DNA of 32,323 nt from Halodesulfurarchaeum sp. (GTDB lineage: Archaea; Halobacteriota; Halobacteria; Halobacteriales; Halobacteriaceae). The DNA is taken from positions 1-32,323 of the forward strand of contig JBDGUI010000035.1 in NCBI GenBank assembly GCA_042216015.1, given 5' to 3'. Under the pieces are notes generated by a model. The model had not been told where the DNA came from. It saw only the letters and a program-made list of their open reading frames with translations, and did no database searches. Positions within the stretch are counted from its first letter, which is position 1, and every line of letters starts with the position of its first letter. Below, piece by piece: positions 18,312-27,623 of the stretch. The translations under genes and the position numbers were made by a program.

Positions 18312-19040
18312 TCACTTCGCGAGGTCCATCGCGGCCCCGAGGGCGATGTCGATCGCCCGCTCGACGTTGTTCCTCGCCTTCTCGGGCAGTTCGTCCTCGC
18401 CCTCCCCCTTCTGTGTCCCGGCGACGAGGTTCCCGTCGACCGTGCAGATGGCCCCCGCGTTCATGCCTTTCCGCCGCGCGAGCGTGAAGATCGCTGCGGC
18501 CTCCATCTCGACGGCGAGGATGCCGCTCGCCTCCCAGGACTCGACGTAGGCGTCCGTCTCGGCGTAAAAGGCGTCGTCGGTCGCGATCGGGCCCACGTGA
18601 ACCGCTTCGTCCCTTTCCTCTGCGGCGTCGACGAGCGCGGTGAGCACGTCGTAATCCGGGACCGCGGGGTACTCGGTTCGCTCGTAGCGCTTCGAAGTCC
18701 CCTCGTCCTTCGATGCACCGGTGGCGACGATCATGTCCCCGATCTCGATGTCCGCCTGGAGTGCCCCGATCGTCCCGACGCGGATCACGGTCTTCACCCC
18801 CACCCGCTCCAGTTCCTCGACGGCGATGGCGGCCGAGGGCGAACCGATCCCGGTCGAGACGATGGTGAGATCCACCCCCTCGTGGGTCGCGTTGACGACC
18901 TTGTACTCGCGGTTTTCGGCCACGGTCGTGGGGTTCTCGCAGTGTCCGGCGATTCGATCGACCCGGCCCGGGTCGCCCGGAAGGAGCGCGATGTCGTTGA
19001 GCTCGTCGGCTTCGACCTGCAGGTGTGGCTGCTTGCCCAT
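18312..19040 (-). CDS. Nucleoside phosphorylase (PNP/UDP family 1)
   Basis: LLPGDPGR, STGIGSPS, RVGT, VEMEAA. Confidence 0.92.
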   Translation of the reverse strand: MGKQPHLQVEADELNDIALLPGDPGRVDRIAGHCENPTTVAENREYKVVNATHEGVDLTIVSTGIGSPSAAIAVEELERVGVKTVIRVGTIGALQADIEIGDMIVATGASKDEGTSKRYERTEYPAVPDYDVLTALVDAAEERDEAVHVGPIATDDAFYAETDAYVESWEASGILAVEMEAAAIFTLARRKGMNAGAICTVDGNLVAGTQKGEGEDELPEKARNNVERAIDIALGAAMDLAK

Positions 19041-19145
19041 ACCCGGTAATCCCGTGGCTCGACAAAAAGGTCCGGTGTCGCGGGAGACGACCGCCGATGG
19101 TCGGTCGAGACCGATTTCTCACTCGCTCTGTCGACGAACCGATTC

Positions 19146-20093
19146 TCACTCGCCCGCGTGTTCGGCGAGAAACGTCTCCAGCTGCGTCGCGTCCGGGGTC
19201 GTCCGGGCGCCCGGTTCCGTGACCGTCAGCGCGCCACTGGCGTTCGCGACGGCGAGCACCCCTTCGAAGTCCGCCCCATCGCCCGCGAGCCCCGGATCTC
19301 TCCCCCCGCGCCCGAAGTCTCGGCCCCCCACCGTGGCGGCGAGGAAGCCGGCGGCAAAGGCGTCCCCGGCTCCAGTCGTGTCCACGGCCTCGACCGGGAA
19401 TCCGGGATGGTGAACGGTCGCCTCAGGGGTGTAGACCGACGCTCCCGACGAGCCTCGCTTGATGACGATCACCCGATCATCGCTCGCTGCCGCCTCGACC
19501 GCCGCCCCCTCGGCGGCTGGGAAGACGGCCTCGGCCTCGAGTTCGTTCAACAGGAGCACGTCGACGCGGTCCAATAGGGGTTCGAAGGCCCGCTCCTCGA
19601 TCCGGCGCCCCGGGTCGAAACTGACCGTGATTCCGGCCTTCTGGGCGAGGTCGATCAGTCGCTCGGCCGTCTCCGGTCGCTGGCCGGTGAGGTGGACGTG
19701 ATCGGCACCGTCGAGCTGGCTCGCCTCGAGGTCGTCCGGGCCGATCGCCTCGTTCACGCCGTCGTTCGCCAAGACCATGACCTCGCCCTGGTCGTCCACG
19801 ACGAGGTACTTGACCGTCGTCTCGCCCCCGGGAACCGTGAGCACGCCAGAGACGTCGACCCCGGTCTCCCTGAGTTCGCGAGTCGCCATGCGGCCATGGT
19901 CGTCGTCCCCGACGCTCCCGATCAGCCCGGATTCGAGATCGAAGCCGGCGAGTGCGCTGGCGACGTTCGCGGCGCTGCCGCCCCCGGAGCGGTGCTGGCC
20001 GGTGATCAGGGCCTCCCCGTCCGGCGCCGGGAGCGAGGTGACGAGGAGGGTGACGTCCCAGTTGAGGTGGCCGGCGGCGACGATCAGACCCAT
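19146..20093 (-). CDS. PfkB-family carbohydrate kinase (possible ribose-1-phosphate kinase)
   Basis: GGSAANVA, SFDPG, NELEA, DTTGAGDAF. Substrate inferred from gene context only. Confidence 0.88.
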   Translation of the reverse strand: MGLIVAAGHLNWDVTLLVTSLPAPDGEALITGQHRSGGGSAANVASALAGFDLESGLIGSVGDDDHGRMATRELRETGVDVSGVLTVPGGETTVKYLVVDDQGEVMVLANDGVNEAIGPDDLEASQLDGADHVHLTGQRPETAERLIDLAQKAGITVSFDPGRRIEERAFEPLLDRVDVLLLNELEAEAVFPAAEGAAVEAAASDDRVIVIKRGSSGASVYTPEATVHHPGFPVEAVDTTGAGDAFAAGFLAATVGGRDFGRGGRDPGLAGDGADFEGVLAVANASGALTVTEPGARTTPDATQLETFLAEHAGE

Positions 20094-20117
20094 GCCCGAT
20101 GCTCGCTCCCCCGGCAG

Positions 20118-20936
20118 TTAAAGTCCGGCGGGCCCGGCGACGGCGAAGAGGAGGAGGTTGTGGGTCGCCGGCCCGAGCCCAACGGCCGTCACCAGCAAGA
20201 GCAGCCCGTTCCCGAGGCCCGGATCGTCCCGGATGAGACCGGCGATGAGCCAGACCAGCCCGAGCGCGATCACCGTCTTGACGAGCAGGAACACCCACCC
20301 GGTGCCGAGCACGGGGGCGGTGGGGAGGCCGGCCCCGACGTCCAGCAGGACCGCCGCGAGGGGCGTCTGCTCGCCGAAGTGAAGCACGTCGACGCCGATC
20401 GACGTGGAAACGCCGTCGAGAACGTGGGCGAAGACGGCGAGGGCGCCGCCGGCCCCGATGGATTCCGTCACCTCCGGTCGATACCGGCCAAATCCCCACC
20501 AGACCCCGGCGCTCAAGACCCCGGCCACTCCCAGGCCGAAGAGCGACCATCCCGCTGACAGCGTGTCAGCCGCGAGCGCCTCGCCCGTCGCGATCCCGAT
20601 GGGAACGAGGGCGAGGACCGCCCCGGTGACGGCCACCCATCGCGCCGTTCGGTCGACGCGGCTCGCCACGAGCCAGACCGAGCCCGCGAGGACGGCCGTC
20701 GTCAGGTACACAGTCGGCGAACCGAAAAGCGGGGCGAGCGGTTCGGGGGCCGCGTCGAGCTGGTAGAGCACGTAAAGCGCCGAGCCGGTCACCATCCAGG
20801 GGGCAAAGGCGACGACCGTCCGGGTTCGGAGCGCTATTCGCCGCCGGTAAAGCGCGAGGGCGACAGCGAGGGCGCCCCCGAGGACGCCGAACAGGTACGG
20901 CAAGGGTGGCAGGGTGGTGCCGGCCGGCAGGACCAT
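20118..20936 (-). CDS. DUF63-like integral membrane protein
   Basis: About 9 hydrophobic segments, AHVLDGVST..G, GEQTP, GLGPATH motifs. Confidence 0.75.
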   Translation of the reverse strand: MVLPAGTTLPPLPYLFGVLGGALAVALALYRRRIALRTRTVVAFAPWMVTGSALYVLYQLDAAPEPLAPLFGSPTVYLTTAVLAGSVWLVASRVDRTARWVAVTGAVLALVPIGIATGEALAADTLSAGWSLFGLGVAGVLSAGVWWGFGRYRPEVTESIGAGGALAVFAHVLDGVSTSIGVDVLHFGEQTPLAAVLLDVGAGLPTAPVLGTGWVFLLVKTVIALGLVWLIAGLIRDDPGLGNGLLLLVTAVGLGPATHNLLLFAVAGPAGL

Positions 20937-21012
20937 ACAGTCACTCGCCCGGCGAGGGCCGAAAGCGTTGTCCTTTACGGACCTATCGCCCGTCTGACCG
21001 ATCGGCGGCTAG

Positions 21013-21966
21013 TCACGCTCCGACCGGCTCGGCCCAGGGCTCCACGTCCATGTCGCCGTAGAGCTCCCGCATGAGGGAGACGATGCTCTCGGGCGGGAAC
21101 TGGCCCCGTTCGGTGATGATCGCGTCGACGTGCCGCGGCGGGGTCACGTCGAAGGCCGGGTTCTCGACGTCGATCTCCCCGATCTCCTCTCGCTTTTTCG
21201 CCCCGATCACCTCCGATTCCTCGCGCATCTCGATCTCGACGGTGTGGCCCGTGAGCGTGCCCGGGTGGAGTTTGATCGTCTGGGCGGCGACGACGATTGG
21301 CGTCCCGCGATCACGGGCATTGACGGCGAGGCCGCTCGTCCCGATCTTGTTGATCACCGACCCGTCCGCGGCGATGCTGTCGGCCCCGACCAGCACGTGA
21401 TCGACGGCGTTGAGGTGGCGATGGGCGGCACTGTCGACGATCAGTGTCACCGGGACCCCCATCTCGCGAAGTTGTTTCGCGGTGATGTGGCCCTGATTGC
21501 GCGGGCGGGTCTCCTTCACGACCGCCTCGATGTGCTTTCCCGACTCGACGGCGTGTCGCACCGTCGCCAGGACGTCGGTCGAGTGGCAGTGGGTCATGAC
21601 CCGATCCCCGTCGCGGAGCCGATTGGCCCCGATCCGACCGAGTCGCTCCTGGGCGTGCTCGAGGTCCTCCTGGAACCGGCGGCTCGCCGCCAGGATCGAT
21701 TCCCGCTTCGCCTCGACCGTCTCGCCCTCCATCCCCTGCAGGACGAACCGGAGCGCGTTCGGCAGGCTAACCGCCGTGGGTCTGGTCTCGTAGAGTTCGC
21801 GGGCTGCGCGGCGCATCTGGGACTCGAAGGCCGCCGGATCCTCCGCCTCGCTCTCTGTGGCCTGTGCTCCGAGGGCCTCCGCGGCCGCGGCGGCGATGGT
21901 GGCCGCCCCCCTGATCTCCATCTCCTCGATCTCCTCGGCGGTCGATTCGACCTCCTCGACTGGCAT
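21013..21966 (-). CDS. Ribose-1,5-bisphosphate isomerase (eIF2B-like family)
   Basis: [49 protein letters not shown]. Start reassigned to MPVEEV. Confidence 0.92.
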   Translation of the reverse strand: MPVEEVESTAEEIEEMEIRGAATIAAAAAEALGAQATESEAEDPAAFESQMRRAARELYETRPTAVSLPNALRFVLQGMEGETVEAKRESILAASRRFQEDLEHAQERLGRIGANRLRDGDRVMTHCHSTDVLATVRHAVESGKHIEAVVKETRPRNQGHITAKQLREMGVPVTLIVDSAAHRHLNAVDHVLVGADSIAADGSVINKIGTSGLAVNARDRGTPIVVAAQTIKLHPGTLTGHTVEIEMREESEVIGAKKREEIGEIDVENPAFDVTPPRHVDAIITERGQFPPESIVSLMRELYGDMDVEPWAEPVGA

Positions 21967-22051
21967 ACCCCGCTCCTTGGACCCACGGGACAATAAGGAG
22001 TGGCACGGCTCCTGGGAGTCACTTTTGACGGTCCCGCCCCAGTGCCCGACT

Positions 22052-22690
22052 ATGAACGTCGACGAACTCGCCTCGATGATCGATCACACGGTCCTCGGCC
22101 CGGAAACCACGCTCAGTGACGTCCAAGGACTCATCGACGAGGCCGAATCGTGGGGCATGAACGTCTGTATTTCGCCCTGCTACGTGGCCGAAGCCCGGGA
22201 GTACGCCGCAAGCGACACCACCATCGCGACCGTGATCGGCTTCCCGCACGGCCAGAACGCCAGGGAGACCAAGCGAGCGGAGGCGGAGCAGGCCGAGGCG
22301 AACGGCGCCGACGAACTCGATGTCGTGATCAACGTCGGACGGCTGAAGGCCGGCGAGACCGAGGTCGTGACCGCGGAACTCGCCGCCCTCATCGAGGCAG
22401 TTTCGATCCCGGTCAAGGTCATCATCGAGACGGCCCTGCTAACCGACGCGGAGAAACACGCCGCCAGCGAGGCGGCCGAGGCCGCAGGGGCCGACTTTCT
22501 CAAGACCTCCACTGGGTTTGCCGACGGCGGGGCGACGGTCCCGGACGTCGAACTCCTGAGCGAGTACCTCCCGGTGAAGGCAAGCGGCGGAATCGGGAGC
22601 TACGAGGACGCAATGGCGATGCTCGAGGCCGGGGCCGAACGGATCGGCGCCAGCGCTGGCGTCGACATTCTCTCGGGCGCGCCGGAGTAG
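22052..22690 (+). CDS. deoC: Deoxyribose-phosphate aldolase
   Basis: [31 protein letters not shown] (Schiff-base Lys), VKASGGI, RIGAS. Confidence 0.94.
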   Translation: MNVDELASMIDHTVLGPETTLSDVQGLIDEAESWGMNVCISPCYVAEAREYAASDTTIATVIGFPHGQNARETKRAEAEQAEANGADELDVVINVGRLKAGETEVVTAELAALIEAVSIPVKVIIETALLTDAEKHAASEAAEAAGADFLKTSTGFADGGATVPDVELLSEYLPVKASGGIGSYEDAMAMLEAGAERIGASAGVDILSGAPE

Positions 22691-22747
22691 GTTCCACGGG
22701 CACCGGATCGGTCACAGAGACCGACAGAGTCCCCCATCCTCGCCGAA

Positions 22748-22915
22748 CTACTCGCTCCGCAGCGAGTCGATCGCGGTCCGAATGCTTCCCTCGATCGTCG
22801 GGCAGGCACCGCAGTCCGCACAGCTGAGATTCGAACAGTTCGGGGTCTCACCACACCGGGGACACTCGAGCTGGTCTTCCGGATCGTACTCGTACCCACA
22901 GGTCCCACAGTTCAT
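22748..22915 (-). CDS. 55-aa Cys-rich metal-binding protein coupled to feoB (not listed separately in the ORF track)
   Basis: MNCGTCGYEYDPEDQLECPRCGETPNCSNLSCADCGACPTIEGSIRTAIDSLRSE. ATGA overlap with the feoB stop and an upstream GGTGGTG SD-like sequence. Confidence 0.8.
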   Translation of the reverse strand: MNCGTCGYEYDPEDQLECPRCGETPNCSNLSCADCGACPTIEGSIRTAIDSLRSE

Positions 22916-24798
22916 AGGCCGAACACCACCGCGAGGATCCCGCCGACGGTGAAGGCCACGATCCACGACCCGAGCCACATCACCGTTCCGGCCGTGAGGT
23001 TTCGCTCCTTGCCGATCATCACCATCGAGAGGATGCAGGGCACGAAGAGGGTGATCACGACCAGCCCCACGAAGATCTGCGGTGCGGAGAGCGTCAGGTC
23101 GGTCATGCCGGCGGCCGCGAAGTCCCGCCGGATGAGCCCGAGGATGAGCACCTGGGCGAAGTCCGGTGGCATCCCGACGAGTTCGGTGAGCGGCCTGAGT
23201 CCCCGCTCGACGAGGTCGAGCACGCCGGTGTAATCGGCCAGCGAGACGACGATCGCCGTCGCGCCGAACAGCGGGACGGCCTCGCGGAAGAACATCTTCG
23301 TCCGATTGGACGTCTTCCGGACGATGTTCGTCGGGCGTGGCATCCGCATGCGTGGGAGCTCGGTGACCAGCCCCTCGCTCTCGCCGGGGAGGACCCGATC
23401 GAGCACGACGCCGGCCACGCCCAGCACGAGCAGCAACACGCCGAGGTAGCCGAACCACCACACCAGTCCCAGGCCGGCGAGCAGTCCCATGATGACGCCG
23501 AGCTGGGCCGAACACGGGATCGCCAGGCCGAGCAGCCCGGTGGCGATTAGCCGCTCGCGGCGGGAGCCGACCATCCTGGTCGTGATGACCGCCATGGTGA
23601 CACACCCGACCCCGACGATCATCGGCACGATCGCGCGGCCGTTGAGCCCCATTCGGGAGAGGCCGCGGTCCGTCAGGACGGCCAGTCGGGGCAGGACGCC
23701 CGAATCCTCGAGGGCTCCGATGACGAGGTAGAAGGAGACGATCAGGGGGAGGAGCACGCCGACGATGTATTGCACGGTGATGGTGAGCAGCCCCAGGTTC
23801 TCGTTCACGAGGACGAAGACGAGCGGATCGGCCCAGCCCGCCGATGGCAGGACGTTCTTGACGGCCGCCGTGACGATCGGGTTGTAGAACTCGCCGAAGA
23901 CGACCCCCTCGAGCAGATCGACGAGCCGCTGGGCGACGAGGTCGCCGATGAGGTAGTAGATGGCCCCCATGAGCGCGAGCGCGATCGGCGTCCCGGTGAG
24001 CGGTTGCATCATCAGGTCGCTGAGCCGCTGGGGCCAGGTGCCCTCGCGCTCGCCGACGGTCAGGACTCGATCCACGATCGCGTCGACTCGCTCGCGTCGG
24101 TCGCTGTAGACCGCATCGCGCCGCTCGGCGGTGACGAACGCCGGCATTCCGCCGTCTGCGAGGGATTCTGTCCGGTCGGCGACGGCCGCCGCCGTCGGCT
24201 CGTCGGCCTCGACGAGGAGCGTCTTTTCCCGTCTGGACGCCTCGATGTCCGTCGGCAGGTCGGCGAAGTACGACGCGATTGCCGGTTCGTCGGGCGAATC
24301 GGCCTCGGAAAGCCGTTTTTGAAGTTCGTCGATCCCGTCGTGGTCCACCGCGACCGTCGGGACGACTGGAACCCCGAGGGCCGCCTCGAGGGCGTCCGGG
24401 TCGACGTCCATGCCCGACGCTTCGGCCTCATCCATCATGTTGAGACAGACGACGGTCGGAACGCCCATGTCGAGCAACTGGAGGGTCAAGAAGAGGTCCC
24501 GATCCAGGTGGGTGGCGTCGACCACGTTGATCGCTCGATCGGCCTCGAGGACGATCTCCCGGGTGATCCGCTCCTCCTCGTCGAAGGAGGAGATACCGTA
24601 GACTCCTGGGGTGTCCGTGATCTTATAGCCGTTCATCCGTGCGAGGGTGGTCTCGACGGTCGTTCCCGGGTAATTCGAGATGTCGACGTAGTCGTCGGCC
24701 AGGGCGTTGAACACGACGCTCTTTCCCACGTTCGGTGCCCCGACGAGAGCGACCGTCTCGTCCCCGGCGCCGTCCGGGGACTCGATCGCCTCGCTCAC
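22912..24798 (-). CDS. feoB: Ferrous iron transporter B
   Basis: G1 GAPNVGKS, G2 NYPGTT, G3 DTPG, G4 NMMD, LEDSG.LPRLA, IPCSAQ, FVPC. GTG start overlaps the feoA stop and follows a GGAGGT SD. Confidence 0.93.
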   Translation of the reverse strand: MSEAIESPDGAGDETVALVGAPNVGKSVVFNALADDYVDISNYPGTTVETTLARMNGYKITDTPGVYGISSFDEEERITREIVLEADRAINVVDATHLDRDLFLTLQLLDMGVPTVVCLNMMDEAEASGMDVDPDALEAALGVPVVPTVAVDHDGIDELQKRLSEADSPDEPAIASYFADLPTDIEASRREKTLLVEADEPTAAAVADRTESLADGGMPAFVTAERRDAVYSDRRERVDAIVDRVLTVGEREGTWPQRLSDLMMQPLTGTPIALALMGAIYYLIGDLVAQRLVDLLEGVVFGEFYNPIVTAAVKNVLPSAGWADPLVFVLVNENLGLLTITVQYIVGVLLPLIVSFYLVIGALEDSGVLPRLAVLTDRGLSRMGLNGRAIVPMIVGVGCVTMAVITTRMVGSRRERLIATGLLGLAIPCSAQLGVIMGLLAGLGLVWWFGYLGVLLLVLGVAGVVLDRVLPGESEGLVTELPRMRMPRPTNIVRKTSNRTKMFFREAVPLFGATAIVVSLADYTGVLDLVERGLRPLTELVGMPPDFAQVLILGLIRRDFAAAGMTDLTLSAPQIFVGLVVITLFVPCILSMVMIGKERNLTAGTVMWLGSWIVAFTVGGILAVVFGL

Positions 24799-25025
24799 GG
24801 CGATTCGACCTCCGTGATGGCGATCCCATCCGCGACCGAGGCTCCCAGGGCGAGATCGGTGCCCCGTCGCGATACCACGACGGGCCCCCTGGTTAGCCGC
24901 GTCCGACACTCCACGCGACCGTCCAGGAATCCCAGCCGCCGGAGCTTTGCCCGGAGCTGGTCGTTCTCCACGTGATCGATGTGGAAGGCGTCTCCGGTCC
25001 CGACCTCAGCGAGTGTCGTCTCCAT
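24795..25025 (-). CDS. feoA: Ferrous iron transport protein A
   Basis: 76 aa SH3-like pattern (TLAEV.TG, LRRLGF, GPVVV, LALG..VA..I) directly upstream of feoB. Confidence 0.88.
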   Translation of the reverse strand: METTLAEVGTGDAFHIDHVENDQLRAKLRRLGFLDGRVECRTRLTRGPVVVSRRGTDLALGASVADGIAITEVESP

Positions 25026-25039
25026 TTCGCTCTCCCTAA

Positions 25040-25064
25040 TTTAGTCCCGCCTAAGGATAAAAAT
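25040..25064 (-). promoter_or_regulatory. feoAB promoter with a DtxR/SirR-type operator
   Basis: TTAG-TCCCGC-CTAA inverted repeat (25041-25054) lies between a TTTTTAT TATA-like box (25057-25063) and the GGAGA SD/ATG. Confidence 0.65.
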
Positions 25065-25209
25065 CCGGCGAACTAAAGGGGATCTCCCGTTTTCGAAAGC
25101 TGGGAATCGGCAGGGAATGGCCCGCTTCGACCCTCTGACGGCACTTGTCTGCCGGTGGGTCGGCGACCGGGCCCCTTTTTGCCCCGAGGCCGCTATCCTC
25201 GCCGACCGA

Positions 25210-26457
25210 ATGGCCCGGTACTACATCGAGACCTACGGCTGTACGGCGAACCGGGGCGAGAGCCGCGCCATCGAGCGGCGGCTCCGTGACGGCGGCCACC
25301 GCCCCGTCGAATCGCCGGCTGCCGCCGATGCGGTCATCCTCAACACCTGCACGGTCATCGAGACGACCGAGGACAACATGCTCCGCCGGGCCAGGGAACT
25401 CCAGAGCGAAGCCGAACTGATCGTCACCGGCTGCATGGCTCTCGCGCAGGGGTCCGCGTTCGCCGAAGCCGACGTGGATACCAGGGTCGTCGGCTGGGAC
25501 GAGGTTCCGGACGCGGTGGCAAACGGCGAGTGCCCAACGATCACGCCGGACACCGAACCGGTCCTCGACGGCGTAATCGGGATCCTGCCACTCGCCAGGG
25601 GCTGCATGAGCGACTGCTCGTACTGCATCACGAAGGCCGCGACGGGGCGGATCGACTCGCCGCCGGTCGAGGAGAATCTCGACCGCGCCCGCGAACTCCT
25701 CGAGGCCGGGGCTCGCGAGATCCGGATCACCGGCCAGGACACCGGCGTCTACGGGCTCGACCACGGCGAACACTGGCTCCCGGATCTCCTCCGGGGGATC
25801 TGTGATCTTGAGGGCGACTTTCGGGTCCGGCTCGGGATGGCGAACCCCTGGGGGATCCACCCGATCCGCGAGGAGATCGCGGGCCTGATGGCCGAGTGTC
25901 CGGAACTCTACAACTTCATCCACCTGCCGGTGCAGTCGGGCTCGGACGACGTGCTCCGGGACATGCGTCGACAGCACTCGGTCGCCGAGTTCCGGGAGAT
26001 CGTCGACACCTTCGATCGGACCCTCGAGGAGTGGACCCTGGCGACGGACTTCGTCGTGGGCTTCCCCACGGAGCGAGAGGCCGATTACCGGGCGAGTGTG
26101 GACCTCCTCGAGGCCGTCGAACCCGAGACGATCAACGTCACTCGCTTCTCGAAGCGGCCGGGGACCGACGCCGCCCAGATGAAGGGGCTGGGTGGGACCA
26201 CGAAGAAGGAACGCTCGCGGGACCTCTCCGAGCGCAAGGAGGCCATCCTCGGACAGGTCCACGAGAATCTCCTCGGAGCCCGACGGGAGGTGCTCGTGGC
26301 AGAGCCGGGGACCGGCAGCTCGCTCCAGGCCTACGACGACGCCTACCACCGGATCGTGGTCCCGGACGAGCTCAGCGAGGGCATCGAGCTGGGCGACCGG
26401 GTGACCGTCGAGATCACCGGCCACAACACCTTCTACGCCTTCGGCGAGCCGGTTTGA
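25210..26457 (+). CDS. tRNA methylthiotransferase (MiaB-like radical SAM, archaeal/eukaryal MtaB type)
   Basis: UPF0004 domain (ETYGCTAN, NTCTV, VTGC), CMSDCSYC radical-SAM motif, HLPVQSGSD, VGFPTE, C-terminal TRAM. Start MARYYIETYGC. Confidence 0.92.
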   Translation: MARYYIETYGCTANRGESRAIERRLRDGGHRPVESPAAADAVILNTCTVIETTEDNMLRRARELQSEAELIVTGCMALAQGSAFAEADVDTRVVGWDEVPDAVANGECPTITPDTEPVLDGVIGILPLARGCMSDCSYCITKAATGRIDSPPVEENLDRARELLEAGAREIRITGQDTGVYGLDHGEHWLPDLLRGICDLEGDFRVRLGMANPWGIHPIREEIAGLMAECPELYNFIHLPVQSGSDDVLRDMRRQHSVAEFREIVDTFDRTLEEWTLATDFVVGFPTEREADYRASVDLLEAVEPETINVTRFSKRPGTDAAQMKGLGGTTKKERSRDLSERKEAILGQVHENLLGARREVLVAEPGTGSSLQAYDDAYHRIVVPDELSEGIELGDRVTVEITGHNTFYAFGEPV

Positions 26458-26759
26458 GCGGGGCTGGTGGCAGCGAGGTCGTCTGGGCGAACAGGCGACG
26501 TGGCGTGGGCGCAACTAGTTGCGGGCCAACGGTTGGAATCGCCACGCGGCACGTCGCACACCCGCGAGCGCGTGGCGGTGGACGGTCATCGCATCGTGCC
26601 GGACTGGTCCCGGAATCTGATTTAAACGTTGGCCCGGCTGGGGCCGAAAGGTACTGGGAGCAGGCAGCGCGGTGTCGAACGGGCAGCCGGCCACCGCGAT
26701 CTGGGGCGAGTCGGCCCACGAGGCGATCCGTTAAACCCTACTGGCCCCTTATCTCCTGT

Positions 26760-27506
26760 ATGCGCGAACTCGTCTTCGCTCTGTCCTACGGGCGAGGCTG
26801 CAACGCGGTCGCGGACACGCTCGCGACCCACCCGGAGGCCAGGATCCGCTCGCTGTCCCTCCATGCGACCCCGGAGAGCCTCTGGCGGGTCGACCACGCG
26901 ACCGGGTCGCCCGAGGCCCTCGACGCCATCGAGGAGACCGTCCGGACCGCCGATTACTACGCGGATTGCCTCGCGACCGACGACTGCAGGGCCGCCCAGA
27001 CCACCGAGGTGCTCGAACACACCGACGAGGAACTCGTGCTCTACTCCTACTGGGAGCGCACGATGACCTGTGTTTCTGTTCCCCACATCGCCCTCGACAC
27101 CCTCGGCGACGGGCTCCTCTTCGAGACGCTGAATCGCGGCCGCGAGTACACCTGGCGCATCATTCACTCCGGCGAGGGCGACGTCCGGACCTTCGTCGAT
27201 ACCCTCGAGGCGACCCTCGGGGACTGTGCCGACCTCGAGATGCGCCGAATGACCGATGCCGGGGAGGACACGACCACGGGCCCGGATCTCATCGACGGAT
27301 TGCCTGCCAAACAGCGGGAAGCGCTTCGGGCGGCCGTCAATCACGGCTACTACGAGACGCCCCGCGAGGTCGACGTCGGGGAACTGGCCGACGTTCTCGA
27401 CGTTCCCCGTTCCACCCTCGCCTACCGACTGCGCCGGGCCGAGGCCCACGTGATGGGCCAGCACGTCGACGAACGAGGCGTGGACGAGCCGACCTCCGCG
27501 CTGTAG
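26760..27506 (+). CDS. HTH_10 (bacterio-opsin activator-type) transcriptional regulator
   Basis: C-terminal QREALRAAVNHGYYETPRE...LA..LDVPRSTLAYRLRRAE. Cys/His-rich N-domain. TTAAAC box at 26731-26736. Confidence 0.88.
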   Translation: MRELVFALSYGRGCNAVADTLATHPEARIRSLSLHATPESLWRVDHATGSPEALDAIEETVRTADYYADCLATDDCRAAQTTEVLEHTDEELVLYSYWERTMTCVSVPHIALDTLGDGLLFETLNRGREYTWRIIHSGEGDVRTFVDTLEATLGDCADLEMRRMTDAGEDTTTGPDLIDGLPAKQREALRAAVNHGYYETPREVDVGELADVLDVPRSTLAYRLRRAEAHVMGQHVDERGVDEPTSAL

Positions 27507-27572
27507 GACCAGTCCCTGCGCCGTGGAGCGGGGTTTGGATCCGCCTCATTTGCACGGTCGACCCCGCGCCGA

Positions 27573-27586
27573 TTGGAATATTCCAA
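27573..27586. promoter_or_regulatory. Perfect 14-bp palindrome upstream of the P1B ATPase (candidate operator)
   Basis: TTGGAATATTCCAA equals its own reverse complement; it lies about 40-50 bp upstream of the probable GTG start. Confidence 0.6.
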
Positions 27587-27623
27587 CCGACCCCCTATTC
27601 CGATTCCGCGCCCAGTGTTCGAC

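Noticed and set aside
21013..21966. Translation initiation factor aIF-2B or methylthioribose-1-phosphate isomerase
   Set aside because: The THCHS motif and the neighbouring nucleoside phosphorylase and kinase favour R15P isomerase.
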